From Vitrella brassicaformis CCMP3155 (taxonomy: Eukaryota; Protista; Chromerida), in assembly GCA_001179505.1 (NCBI GenBank), contig CDMY01000047.1:1-64000 (forward strand): DNA of 64,000 bases, given 5' to 3'. Positions 1 through 11,503 of the stretch are shown here, piece after piece (within the stretch, counting starts at the first letter, position 1; each line of letters starts with the position of its first letter). A model generated the notes under the pieces. That model ran no database searches, was not told where the DNA came from, and saw nothing but the letters and a program-made list of their open reading frames with translations. The position numbers and the translations under genes were made by a program.

Positions 1-242
1 TTGTCGCGAGTCATCTGAGACTTGAGGCAAATGGTGTCGTCCGGCCTCTCACTGCACCCCGAACGCACACAGAGGAGGTGTGTGTCGCTGGTTGTGAATG
101 TTGCTGGTGGTCAGACATTCGTACGCAAATCTGATGGCGATGCACTGTTTGGAGGACGGTGTAAGCAGTATGGGCGTCTTGATGCCGTCCAAATCATACT
201 TGGCCAGCTCCTGCACAGCACACACACACATTGACATACACA
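1..242 (-). repeat. Inverted near-identical copy of 1411-1652 (intron/exon segment of the neighbouring secreted PH-like gene); probably continues left of the window
   Basis: The reverse complement of 1-242 matches 1411-1652; I saw two substitutions. The ORF track shows the twin ORFs 22..234(+) and 1419..1631(-). Confidence 0.95.
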
Positions 243-673
243 GCGGGAGCTGCGGCGGCCAAGAAGGGGAAAGGGAAAGGAAAGGGCAAAGGGAAGGGCA
301 AGGGCAAAGCAAGGGCAAAGGGAAGGGCAAAGGGACGGGCGGCTCAGCAGCTGGCGATAAGGTGGAGGAGGAGCAAGACAACAGCAACAAGCCAGTCAGC
401 TTTGCCAATCTGCGCGCAGCTTTGGAGAGTGGCGGTCTGCAGGTGCTACTGACGCCCATCGCCGCAGAGTTGCTCAAGCAGCTTGAGGAGAAAGAGGAGA
501 AGCCCACGGCAAAACTGGCGCCGCCGGCCGACAGCATGTGGGCCGGGACCTGGCAGGGCCGTCTGATCCAGATGATACGCATGATCCCGCTACCGCCGGG
601 GGTGAAGGAAGGCGACGAGGTGCCCGAGGTCGTAGAGACCGTGAGCAAAACCCTGCGTGGGCGGAGTGGGTAG
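243..673 (+). pseudogene. 5'-truncated coding fragment with a Lys-Gly repeat (AAAAKKGKGKGK...) and apparent frameshift; unknown product
   Basis: The KG repeat reads in the 231 frame, then switches to the 98 frame (SKGKGKGKGTGGSAAGDKVEEE...LRGRSG*). The upstream sequence is the inverted duplicate. Confidence 0.5.
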
Positions 674-1022
674 ATGAGATGTGGAAGCACGCCCCACCCG
701 TGTAGACCTTGGCTTGTGTATGACCGTACAGATCCGTCAGACGGCCCTGCAGGTGTCCATTCGTCAGTGTGTGCAGTCAGTCAGGAGTCAGTCAGGAGAG
801 ACGCTTGCATGTACGTACGTGTCGACATTCACTCACTCATGAATTCAGCCATACACTCTCGCTCAGCCATACACTCTCGCCAGGACAGTCTTGTTGTCAC
901 TTCCACACCAAGAGGTAATTCAGCCTGTACATACACACATACACATATACACATACATTCGTACGTACATATGTGATCGAATCAATCGTGGAGCTTTCGA
1001 TCAAACACACGGACAGACAAAA

Positions 1023-2055
1023 ATGCATCATCACATCCGTCCCACAATGACGGTGGTCGCGGCCCTCCTCACCATCACTCTCATCTCGTGTCCCTGTCTG
1101 TGCGCCGGCGAGCGTGTGCCATTCACTCCCGACAAGCAATAGTACCTGGACCAGATGATTCCTGGTGTATGCGGAGAGAAGGTCGACATGACGGCCAGGC
1201 TCATCACAGACGCCGAAAATCTGGACGGCGGTAGGTAATTTGTTGTGTGTCTGTGTGGCAGACAGAGAGAGACATTGCATTGGTTTGTGTGTCTCTGTGA
1301 TCGACGAGCAGGCATCCACTGTAACGTGACTTTGGATGGCGATGCGCTGCGGCTCACAGAGACCGACACAGACGAGGTGAACACCCAACACAGCCAATCA
1401 CTCATGCGTTTGTGTATGTCAATGTGTGTGTGTGCTGTGCAGGAGCTGGCCAAGTATGGTTTGGACGGCATCAAGACGCCCATACTGCTTACACCGTCCT
1501 CCAAACAGTGCACCGCCATCAGATTTGCGTACGAATGTCTGACCACCAGCAACATTCACAACCAGCGACACACACCTCCTCTGTGTGCGTTCGGGGTGCA
1601 GTGAGAGGCCGGACGACACCATTTGCCTCAAGTCTCAGATGACTCGCGACAAAGTACTCACTCACTCACTTTCACAAAGCACACCGACGCGCACACATTA
1701 CGTTGCTGCAATCTCTGGTTGTGTGTGAATGTACGTGTGCAGTTGTGGGTGGCGCTGAACGTGGCCATCTTGTGTCGTCACGTTGGTGAGTTCCGCACCG
1801 ATCTGCCCACCGTCCCCACACCAGAGGAAAAAGAGGCACTCGTGTTCGAAGGTACCTACTGTACACACGCAGACCAGAGCAGAGCTGGGTGGACAGACAG
1901 ACAGACAGACAGACAGTGCGGCCACAGCGAACATTCCTCTCTGTCTGTCTCTGTGTGCGTGTCTGTGTCCAGGCGAAGACCCGGACAGTGGAATACATGT
2001 CCATTTGCCGAACGTCGAGAAGGCCAAAATCGCACCCCAAGTCACCTCCATGTGA
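1023..2055 (+). pseudogene. Signal-peptide protein with PH-like fold, interrupted by in-frame TAG at 1140-1142
   Basis: Hand-spliced: MHHHIRPTMTVVAALLTITLISCPCLCAGERVPFTPDKQ*YLDQMIPGVCGEKVD...GIHCNVTLDGDALRLTETDTDE|ELAKYGLDGIKTPILL...ICLKSQMTRDKLWVALNVAILC. Consecutive GT-AG introns have matching phase where checked. The PH-like call rests on the beta-strand pattern and a C-terminal W-containing helix. Confidence 0.55.
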
Positions 2056-2460
2056 GTGAGTCAACACACAACCGACCGGTGCGTGAGTGAGGAAAGGACT
2101 GACTGACTGACAAACGATGGATGCATGGCTTACACAAACTAACGGGTGCGTGGATGGGTGCGTGCCAATGGAATGGGTAATGGCGGCCAACACATGCATT
2201 GCACAGAGGGGCACAAAATGAACCAACCAATGCATCGATATATACATATGTGGCGGACACAAAGCCCTTGCCAACAATCCTCCGCCATCGAGGTGCTTGA
2301 GGAAGGCGTAGCGAATGCTTTAATTGGTTCATGAATCAACAAGACAGATTTCATTGTTTTTCGGTCAGGCCACGCTAAAGGTGTCCGTGCGCCCTTCTCT
2401 CTTGTCCTCATTCCTCTCCCCTCTTCCCCCCTCGACCCAAGCTCGCGAAGGTAAGGTCCC

Positions 2461-3941
2461 ATGGCGGCGCCTCCGAAGCCGTGGCAGCGTCGCACACCTG
2501 CGGCAGGTGCATCTCTCGCACCGTCACCTCTCCCTCACTCCACCTCTTCACCTCTGCCCTCGCCGTCACAGCCGCAGCCAACAGCCAAAGAGGAGCCAGC
2601 GGCGTCCAGTACTGTGCCCGCGCCAGAACCAGCTGCTGTTGCGGCATTAGCCAGGTGACAAAGCCAGATGGGCGTGGAAGGGAAGTCTTGAAAGCTTGCT
2701 GGTGTGTTCTTGTGTGTTTCGGCGTCAGCGATTCCAATGTCGTCGTTCCGTTCACTCGTGCGCCACCGGCTGCGACCGACGGCAGCAGCCTTCTCCCGAG
2801 CGCAACTGCTCCGGCTGGTGCTGCACAACAGCCGTCCGGCGGTGCCCTCTCTTCGTCGACGGCCGTGCCATCGTACATGTCGTCGTATCCCTCCGGCACC
2901 TTCATGAACACGGGCTACGGGGCCAGCTACAGCAGCTACCCACAATCGTATAATCGGCCCAGTGCTTACAGTGGCTATGGGTGGCGGAGCGGGGCGGCTT
3001 ACGGTGGTTACGGCGGGGGGTATGGCGGCTACAGCACATATGGGGGGGGAATGCCTTACGGTTACGGCTACGGCATGTACAACAACGACGGCAGCTGGTT
3101 CGGGGGCATGGCTGACTCACTGGGCCGCTTCAACCAGCTGCTGGACCTCAACACATGGTTCCTCGACCAGATCTGTGACAATGCCACGACGCTGGGAGGG
3201 CGGCTCAGGCACCTCAGTGCCACACTCGCATGGCTGCCCGGCGCCCTCATGCACCTCACGGCCCAGTCGTATCACACATACGTCCCGCAGGCCGTCCAGC
3301 TGGCGCAGAAGGTCCGGAGTATCGTCAACCACCAAGCGGCCAGGCTGCTGCTGCTGGACCCCCTGCCGCCGCCCTCAGGCATCCAGGACGACGCCGACAG
3401 TAACATAACGGCTGGCCTACTGCCATTGCGGGCGCCGCGCACCAACGGCTCGGCTGCCGGCGGCAATCCACAGGAGCCTTTGACGTTTGTCAAGTGCACG
3501 CCACACAGCCGCTCGGCATCGTCACCCCTCCTGCCCCACTCGACCACCGACCATACAGCAGCACCCGACCCACGCACATGCGCCACTCGCACGGCCATGC
3601 GGGACGGGTACAGCGAGCTGCAAAGACGGCGGCGGCAGCTGAGATTGACGCTCCTGCTGCTCTTTCTCTTCCTGGTTTATGGCGTGCTATCGCTGCTGGG
3701 GTGGCGGTGGGTGGTGGGCGGGGGCAAGGGCAAGAGAAGACGGCGGCGGCGGGGTGATGTGAGGAGGCAGCTTGATGTGTGGCAGCAACAGCAGCCGCAT
3801 GTGCACGTTGAGGGGAGGTGGGATGCCCATGCCAGGGAGTGGGAGGGCATCTATCGCTCGGGTAGTGTTGGGGCAGGAGTGGCGCCGAGCAATAGCCAGG
3901 GATTCCCGGCTCTCGGACCCCCCGTTTTCTCGCAAATATGA
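2461..3941 (+). CDS. PEX13: Peroxin-13-like protein (plant-type, no SH3); exons 2461-2654 and 2729-3941
   Basis: N-terminal MAAPPKPW, Gly/Tyr-rich YG region, then SWFGGMADSLGRFNQLLDLNT (resembles plant PEX13 GRVAMLIDQNT), and a hydrophobic segment near the C-terminus. The intron restores frame. Confidence 0.7.
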
Positions 3942-4455
3942 ATGAACATGACGGGACACATCCGAGGCAAGGCAAGGCAGAGTGCGTGTTTTTCCTGTAC
4001 ACACATACACGCAATGGCAGTTTTGTCTCCCTCCCGTACTTATCTTCGTGCGGGTGTCTGTCATGGTCGTATTCAGACTTGCTGCCTGGATGGGATGACA
4101 GCTGACGCGGCATGGCCCGTCATGTCATGTCATGTCATGTATGTGAGAATGGTGTGGCCGTCGTACATGAGGGGCTTCGCCGGATATGATCGGTCGGCTC
4201 GGCTCCCTTCACGTGTACCGTGGAGAGGCAGAGAATGAATCTATGTCGCCGTCTTTTGTTGTATTTATTGGGGCCATGGGTGGGGTGGATGGACGCGCAT
4301 GTGTGAGTGCACGGTGTGTGACGATTCATCCAAGGAATCAACTCTCTGACGGTCAATGTATGGATGTGTCAACGTGTGTGCACCGACTGGCGGCGCAACA
4401 GAATCTGACTTCATGCAGAGACACAGGCAAGCTAGTACGACACGCAGACATATAT

Positions 4456-5708
4456 CTACAGGTCGACAATGGGGTAGAGGACACCTCGGTGCTCGAACAC
4501 TAAATGATACGGCCGACCGCCGTGCTCAAGGTGGCTGGCAGCAGACGGCACCGACTCTGATGAACACACACACATACACACAGCCGCCACAACCTGTTCA
4601 AAGACACAGCCCTTTGCCTGTCGGTGTGGGTGTGTCTGTCACCTTTTGGTTGTATACGGTCGGCGAGAGCGACCGCCACGTGCGTCGATAGCAGACCTAC
4701 TTTGAGATAATCTGCAGCTGCACGCAGCCCAGCGCACACCACAACCATGTAATCCATCCATCAATGCAGTGGACGGACGGATTTATGGATGGATGATGGA
4801 TGGATGTGACCATTCTCCGGGCTTAGCTTACGTGTCTTCACGGTGGAGGGCAGGGTCGGCTCCTCTCTAATTGGGGCCTCAGCGCTGCTATCTGCCGGTG
4901 ACGCCTGTGCGGCCCGCCGTGCACTGCGTGGCCTGAAGAAAGATGGGTGGAAGAACCTACCACGAGAAGACACCAGCTGCTCGGGGTGGAATGGCACCCT
5001 CAGGCTACATCCATCCATCCATCCATGCAGAACGCACAAGACACGTGCACAACACGAGGCTGACGACATACACTTGGTTCCCCCCTGTCCTGCAACGTGT
5101 AGCTTTCTTCGTCTGCTGACCTTCCCGCATAGGTCAGGAAGGGAGCGTCGCCACCCTCACCTGCATATGCCATGCATGGTATGCAGGCAACAGACAAGAC
5201 AGCACAGCACACCAAATCCATTCAAGCAGGCAGGCAGGCAGGGACTCACGTGCCGTGCCAGGTGGCTGTGGCTCACACACATACAAAGTGAGTGGAAGAC
5301 GATAGGCGCCTCTTCTGCCCGCACCCAGTTGAGCTCTCGGCCACACGGCGAAACCCATGGATACCGCTCAGCGAGGTCGGGACGCGACGTGTTCTCGCGG
5401 AGTTGGCGCCAGAAGAAATCCAGAAACTTGCCGTCTGCTCAGCAGCGCACACACGTGCAAACGTAGGAACAGATGGGGATGAGTGCGATTTGTCCTGCAG
5501 TGATGGTCATCCATCGCTCACCTTTGAGCGATGTTGCGATGTTCTTAGGCTCGGTGTCCTCCAGAAAGAGGTGCCCCTGATGCCCTACGACGTAGAAATA
5601 CTCACGCGGAGGCGGATCTGCAGCAGCGGACGAAGATGAACGGCATGGCATCTTCGGAAAGCACGGGACAAGCCTTGTGCGCAGGGCCTTAACGACGGGA
5701 GGGAACAT
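4456..5708 (-). CDS. UPF0598 / C8orf82 homolog, multi-exon
   Basis: Exons encode REYFYVVGHQGHLFLEDTEPKNIATSLK, FLDFFWRQLREN...YPWVSPCGRELNWVRAEEAPIVF, LRVPFHPEQL...GRFFHP and VGLLSTHVAVAL, matching recalled C8orf82 motifs. Confidence 0.85.
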
Positions 5709-6016
5709 GGCATTCGGGGGACGGTGGCATGCGAGAGATTCGGCTGGTCACGCCCTTTGATCAAATGGCGAGATCAGCATGCGAGCTAAGCTGAAGCCGT
5801 TGTTTCCACTGCTTTTTGTTCATCACGCCTTGCATTCTGATGCACAAGCCACTGCGAGGCACTCACATTGATCAGATCTGTCCATGGACAAATAAACACA
5901 CGTACGTACGTACGTACGTTTTTTTCGCCGCCAGTCGTCAGTTGAGCACAGACAGACCATCATATCCAGGCGTCCCGCCCCGCCCCATCCATGCCGTGAT
6001 GCATGCAGCCATCCCA

Positions 6017-7467
6017 TCACCTGCCCACGCGGCCCAGCCTGCCAAGCAACGCAAAGACATCCGACAGTCACAGGTGTGTGTCCGATGCGATGCACGCGTC
6101 AATCAGTCAGTCAGTCCCGCCCGCTCACCGACCAACCTACCTGGTGTCTGTGCGTGGGTCGGCGACTATTTCCTGCAGCTTGTTGATCATCCCATTGATG
6201 TTGGTCTGCAGCTTCCGCAACTCACGGCCTGACAACACAACACGAAGGCAGATAGAGCACCTCCTGATGCGATGCATGTGTTGGTGGCAGTAAGTATGTA
6301 TCTCTGTTGGCTTGGTAGCTAAGCTCACCGTGCAGCAGCCGCAGGACAACAGCAGCATCGCGGACATCCTTGTCTGACGAACGACAATCAGGAGCAGACA
6401 GGCAGGCAGGCAAGGAGAATCCGTTCCATTGTCACGGTGGCTGTGGGGATGTGAGGCCTCACTGACCGATGCACTCGAATCCCAGCGGCAGGTCCAGCTT
6501 GGGTTTGTGTGTCTGGTCCGTCTCAACCGGACGCACCCGAACCAACACACACTGATGGATGAATGGATGGATACCGCAACACAGCACACACATAACACAC
6601 CCATCGCCCCGTCCGTCCCCACTCGCTGAGCGGCTCGTGTGTCTGACCTGCAGCGCAGCCAGCAGCTCTTCTTCAGTGACCCGGCCCTGTGCAGGCAGCA
6701 GCGGGAGGTCGAGCACCTGCAGCATCCGGTTCACTGGCGACACCAACTTGCCCACCGACAGGCCTGTGGTCGCACCGGCACGGTTGCCGGATGGGGCGTG
6801 GCCGTTCTGGCGCATGGCGTCTGCATCTGCTGCTGGGGTCAGACGCTGCTCTGCATGAAACAAAACAAACCATGGAGCGAGGATAGATGGCTGACACGGA
6901 TGAGAGCGCGTTAAGCTGCTGGTGCGATTGTACCCTCGATTGCGTCCTTGTAGATGTCCTGCAGCAGCAGAGCAGACAACGACGCACAGCAGGGGTGAGC
7001 CGTTTGGGCACTTGTCTCTTGGCCAGTCATCTCACCTGCACGGCGAGTGAGACGAGTCTGTCCAGCAGTGCACTGCGGTTGGCAGCCGCGTCCCGCACAG
7101 AGGCCTCGTCAAGCTTCAGGCCCAGCTCACGACAATACTGCACACCACACACACACGCACCAGACACGCACGCATCACATCACGGCCGGCGACTTGCTTG
7201 GTGTGTCACTACATAACCCATGCATGCATCCAATCCAATCCATGCACTGCACTCACTCACTGGCTGGCTGACCTGTATAAATGTGTTCCACCAGTTGCGG
7301 TCGAACTGCCGCAGCGCCTTCCTCTCCTCCCGGCTGTACAACCGAATCTTCTCCTCCTCAAGCCACACTATCACCTTGCCGTAACCATGACCAGACAGGG
7401 AGATCTCCTCCACGGACGGATAAGACAACAACCGAAGCCGACGCGCCGTCGCTGGCGCTACGGACAT
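6017..7467 (-). CDS. RTRAF: RNA transcription, translation and transport factor (CGI-99/C14orf166), tRNA ligase complex subunit
   Basis: N-terminal VIVWLEEEKIRLYSREERKALRQ and C-terminal ELRKLQTNINGMINKLQEIVADPRTDTR|LGRVGR*, matching human ...ELRELQTKINEAIVAVQAIIADPKTDHRLGKVGR. Confidence 0.9.
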
Positions 7468-7869
7468 CGTACGCACAGCGACGGTCACTCAGCGGGGAGC
7501 CAGGGGCAGGCCGCAGCCTTGAGTCTGTAAGAAGCTGAAGCAAAAGATTTTCGGGGTTCAAACCAACACTTGAGGAATCCCTTCAGCCACCTGCACGCTG
7601 TGCAGAAGGTTCTGTTACGAAACCTGTTCGCCGAGCAGCGGTTTCACGAAGTACCCTAGGCCACGCTTCTGTGAAAGCGAAAAATAGTCCCTAGGCGGCC
7701 CGCTGCATTCGCGGGTGAGGGCCTCTTGCCCTTCGGCGAGGTCTTTGGCTCCGACTTCCCCGCATCCATCGCTAAAGGCCGCCCGGCTTCCCTTTCGCTC
7801 TTCTCGCAGCGCAACGAACGTACCGCTCCCTTGACAGCCATCCATCCATCACCACACTCGTCAGCACCC

Positions 7870-9448
7870 ATGGCAGCGGCGGCAGGGCAGCTGGTGGAGC
7901 GCAACAACAAGCGCGACGCCCAGGAGGCCGAGTTGGCTGAGGGTGAGGGTGAGGCCGCGGGTGGCGTCGTCACGCCGCTGGAGCACCTGCATGCGCACGG
8001 CTTCACGGACAGGGACTTGAAGTGCTTGAAGGAGGCTGGGTACACGACGGTCGAGGCGGTGGCGTACGCGTCGTCGCGTCTGCTGCAGCAGGTCAAGGGC
8101 ATATCGGAGCAGAAGGTTGCGAAGCTCAAGGAGGCCGTCAAGGGGCTGGTGCACATGGGCTTCTCGTCCGCCACCGAGATCAACCTCATGCGCCAACAGA
8201 TCGTCAAACTCACCACAGGGTGTGCGGGGTTCGACGCCATACTCGGCGGAGGCATAGAAACCGGTACGTACGTACGTCGGGGGGGTTGCTTGGGTTGGGT
8301 TTGGTTGGGTGCCCCGGAGGCTGCATGCAATGCAATGCATCCATTGGCGTGATGTCATACATACCTGTGTCATGTGCTGTGTGCTGTGCTGTGCTGTGTG
8401 GTGCAGGTATGTTGACGGAGGTGTTTGGCGAGTTTCGTTCGGGCAAGACGCAGGTGTGTCACACTTTGGCCGTGACCTCCCAGCTGCCGGTGGAGCAGGG
8501 CGGGGCCGAGGGCAGGGTCGCGTGGATAGACTCAGAGGGCACCTTCCGCCCGGAGCGCATCACAAAGATAGCCGAACGTTTTGGTAAGTGCACACACGGT
8601 GCGGCGAGCACACATGGGTGCCTTCGTTCTCATCGGCCTGTGCTGTGTGTGTTGTGTGGTCCATTCATTGTGGCCCCCGTGGTCAGGTTTGGACGCCGAG
8701 CAGGTGTTGGAGAACATCGCGCATGCGCGTGCGTACAACGTGGAGCACCAGACGGAGCTGCTGGTGCAGGCGGCCTCGATGATGGTCGAGGCGCGATTCG
8801 CACTCCTCATCGTAGACTCCGTCACCGCACTCTACAGATCAGAATACCAGGGACGCGGACAGGTGCGGTGCGTGGTGTGACGGGACGGCCAGCCAGCGAT
8901 CCACCCACACGCCAACCGACCTGTCACTCATCGACACACTTGTGTGCGTGTGTGTGTGTGTGTTTGTGTGTTCAGTTGGCCGACCGTCAGGGGCACCTCT
9001 GCCAGTTCCTCAGGAAGCTGCAGAGGATGGCCGATGAGTTTGGCATCGCTGGTCAGTGGCCAACAAGAGTGAGAGAGGAGGTGATGACGGACGGCACACC
9101 CATGCATCTGTCTGTCTGTCTGTCTGTGTTGATGGATGTCTGGATGTGTGGGTGGATGCAGTAGTGTACACGAACCAGGTGGTGGCGACGGTGGACCCCA
9201 TGGCGGTGTTCCGCGGGGGGGAGGACAAGAAGCCCATCGGGGGGCACATCATGGCTCACGCATCGCAGACCCGCCTCTACCTCAAGAAGGGCAAGGGCCA
9301 GAACCGCGTCGCCAAGATCTACGACTCCCCCTCCATGCCCGACAACATCGACGCCAAATTCGCCATCACCGAGAACGGCGTCAGCGACGAGATCAAGGAC
9401 AAGGACAACAAACGACAGAAGAAGAATGGCGACGGAGACGACGAGTGA
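7870..9448 (+). CDS. RAD51: RAD51 recombinase, multi-exon
   Basis: HhH N-domain ([12 protein letters not shown]...KGISEQK), Walker [10 protein letters not shown], Walker [40 protein letters not shown]. Confidence 0.95.
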
Positions 9449-10551
9449 TCAATCTCACCACCCACACACAGAACACAACACTGATATATGCACTAGACCT
9501 ACCTGGATAGACAGACGCATAGCATACACGAGATGGGATGGTAGCGTAGCATACGGGAAGGAAGGACGGAGGGTGGGGGCGGTCAGTCAGAGACACACCG
9601 ACTCTGGTCTGCTTTCCAGACGAATGGATGGATGGATGGATGCATGGATGGATGGATGGCGTCAGCAGTTGCCTCGCGTCTCTGTCTGACAGAGTGGTTT
9701 CAGCGCCCACATGCGCACAGACCACTCTGAGGGACAGGGACGCCAGGCAACGCCGACGCCATCCATCCATCCATTCCGCTTGTCTGTCTGCAGATGGACG
9801 GCTGGCTGCCTTCCTTGCCGGTCGGGTGGGGAGTAGATTAGATGCATGTGATGGATGTGATGGATGGATGGATGGCCTTACGTACTTCCTTGGTGGGTAT
9901 ACTGACTATACATGGGTTGTATGTATTGTACAGCCCCTGGTCTCTCTTCGCCCCCTCTCCTCTGTGCATAGTGTGAGTGTGTCTATGTGTATGTTATGTG
10001 TGTGTGTCTGGCTTGCCTTGCCTTGCCTTGCCTGTCCTCTCCGTCCCGTGTCCTGTACGCACTCACCGTACACACTGACGCACGTACCGTGGCCGGCCCG
10101 GCCACAAGACATCGAGGAATCACTTACACACCCCAACCCCGTTAGCCAGCGTGGCCGGCCCGGTTGTGGTTGTACATCCAGTGAGTGCGTGAGTGAGTGG
10201 TGTCGTGCGCGTGTACGTGTGGACGTGTAGACGTGTGTATGGGTGGGTGAAGTGGATGGTGTCAAGTGGACGTATGGTCGTGTGGGCGCGAAGCGCGATG
10301 TATGCATGTAGCTATATATGCATGAAGCTTGCAGACGACACTCAACGACCAACTGACGGATGGAGATGCGCACACACATGCACTCAGTGCAGATGAACGA
10401 AGAAACGCGTCATTGTCGGTCACTGCGACTGGCAGGCCCGCGCACCGTGCACTTGTCATACTCCGAAAAAACGCGAGCTCAGAAACGCGAGCGTGAAGCG
10501 ACAAACGACTCAGAGATCCCAGTGCTCTTGACGTCGCATACGTAGCACACG

Positions 10552-11468
10552 ATGGTGGGCGCAGAAACCCATATGCACAAAGAGCACCTGACCCACAGAT
10601 CTGCCCGCAGCAGATTGTCGCATCACTCCTGCCTGCTCTGTCTGTTGTGTGTGTGTGTGCGTGTGTGTGAGCGCAGAAGCTGCACGTGTCTGACAAGGTG
10701 CCCCGCAGCGGCAAGGTGGTGGTGGCGGCCGAGTACAATGGCGTCAAGGTGGATGTCGTGACGCACAAGGAGGGCAAGCTGAGCAAAGATCTGCAGGACA
10801 AGAACCCCACGGGAGTCATGCCCTTCCTCGAGACCAACGATGGATCCACCATCTTCGGCAGGTCAGTACACTCAGTACTTACTGTACCCTCCCCTTCTCC
10901 ACCCATCCATATAAACATAAGGAGTAGACGACAGACACCACACGTACGTTTGTTTGCATGGCGTGGTGTGCTGGTGTGGTGTGTGGTGGGGTGCGCAGCA
11001 ACGCGATTGCGCGGTACGTGGCTCGTATCCGCAACGACACCGCCCTGATGGGCGCCACATTCGTCGACTCAGGGCTGGTACGACACACGAACACATCTGT
11101 TGTGCGCTGCACACCGCACCCACACACATGTGTGGTGTGGTTTGTCCACCAGGTTGACTCGTGGGTGGATTTCTGCGTGCACGAGTTGGAGGTGCCCCTG
11201 TGCTGCTGGGTGTACCCTCTGGAGGGCTCCGCCGACCAGCTGCCGGCCGCCCAGGCGCAGCGGGCCAAGGACGACGTGAGCAAGGCGCTGAAGGTGGTCA
11301 ACGAGCACCTGCTGCACCAGACCTTCCTGGTGGGGGAGGACGTCACCCTGGCTGACATCGTCATGGCCACAACACTCATGCCCGCGTTTGACAAGGCATT
11401 CGACGCCGGTCAGTCAGTCGGCCACTCATCTGAGAGTGGTGGTGGTGGTGGTGGTGTGGTGTGCGGAC

Positions 11469-11503
<35 letters not shown>

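Noticed and set aside
1140-1142. TAG reassignment (alternative genetic code)
   Set aside because: Other genes here end at TAG (C8orf82-like 4456, LRR-RING 44751, SKP1-like 46630), and no other in-frame TAG was seen in conserved genes.
7870-9448. DMC1 instead of RAD51
   Set aside because: It has the RAD51-type [28 protein letters not shown] and L2 VD rather than DMC1 PG; only PIGGH is DMC1-like.
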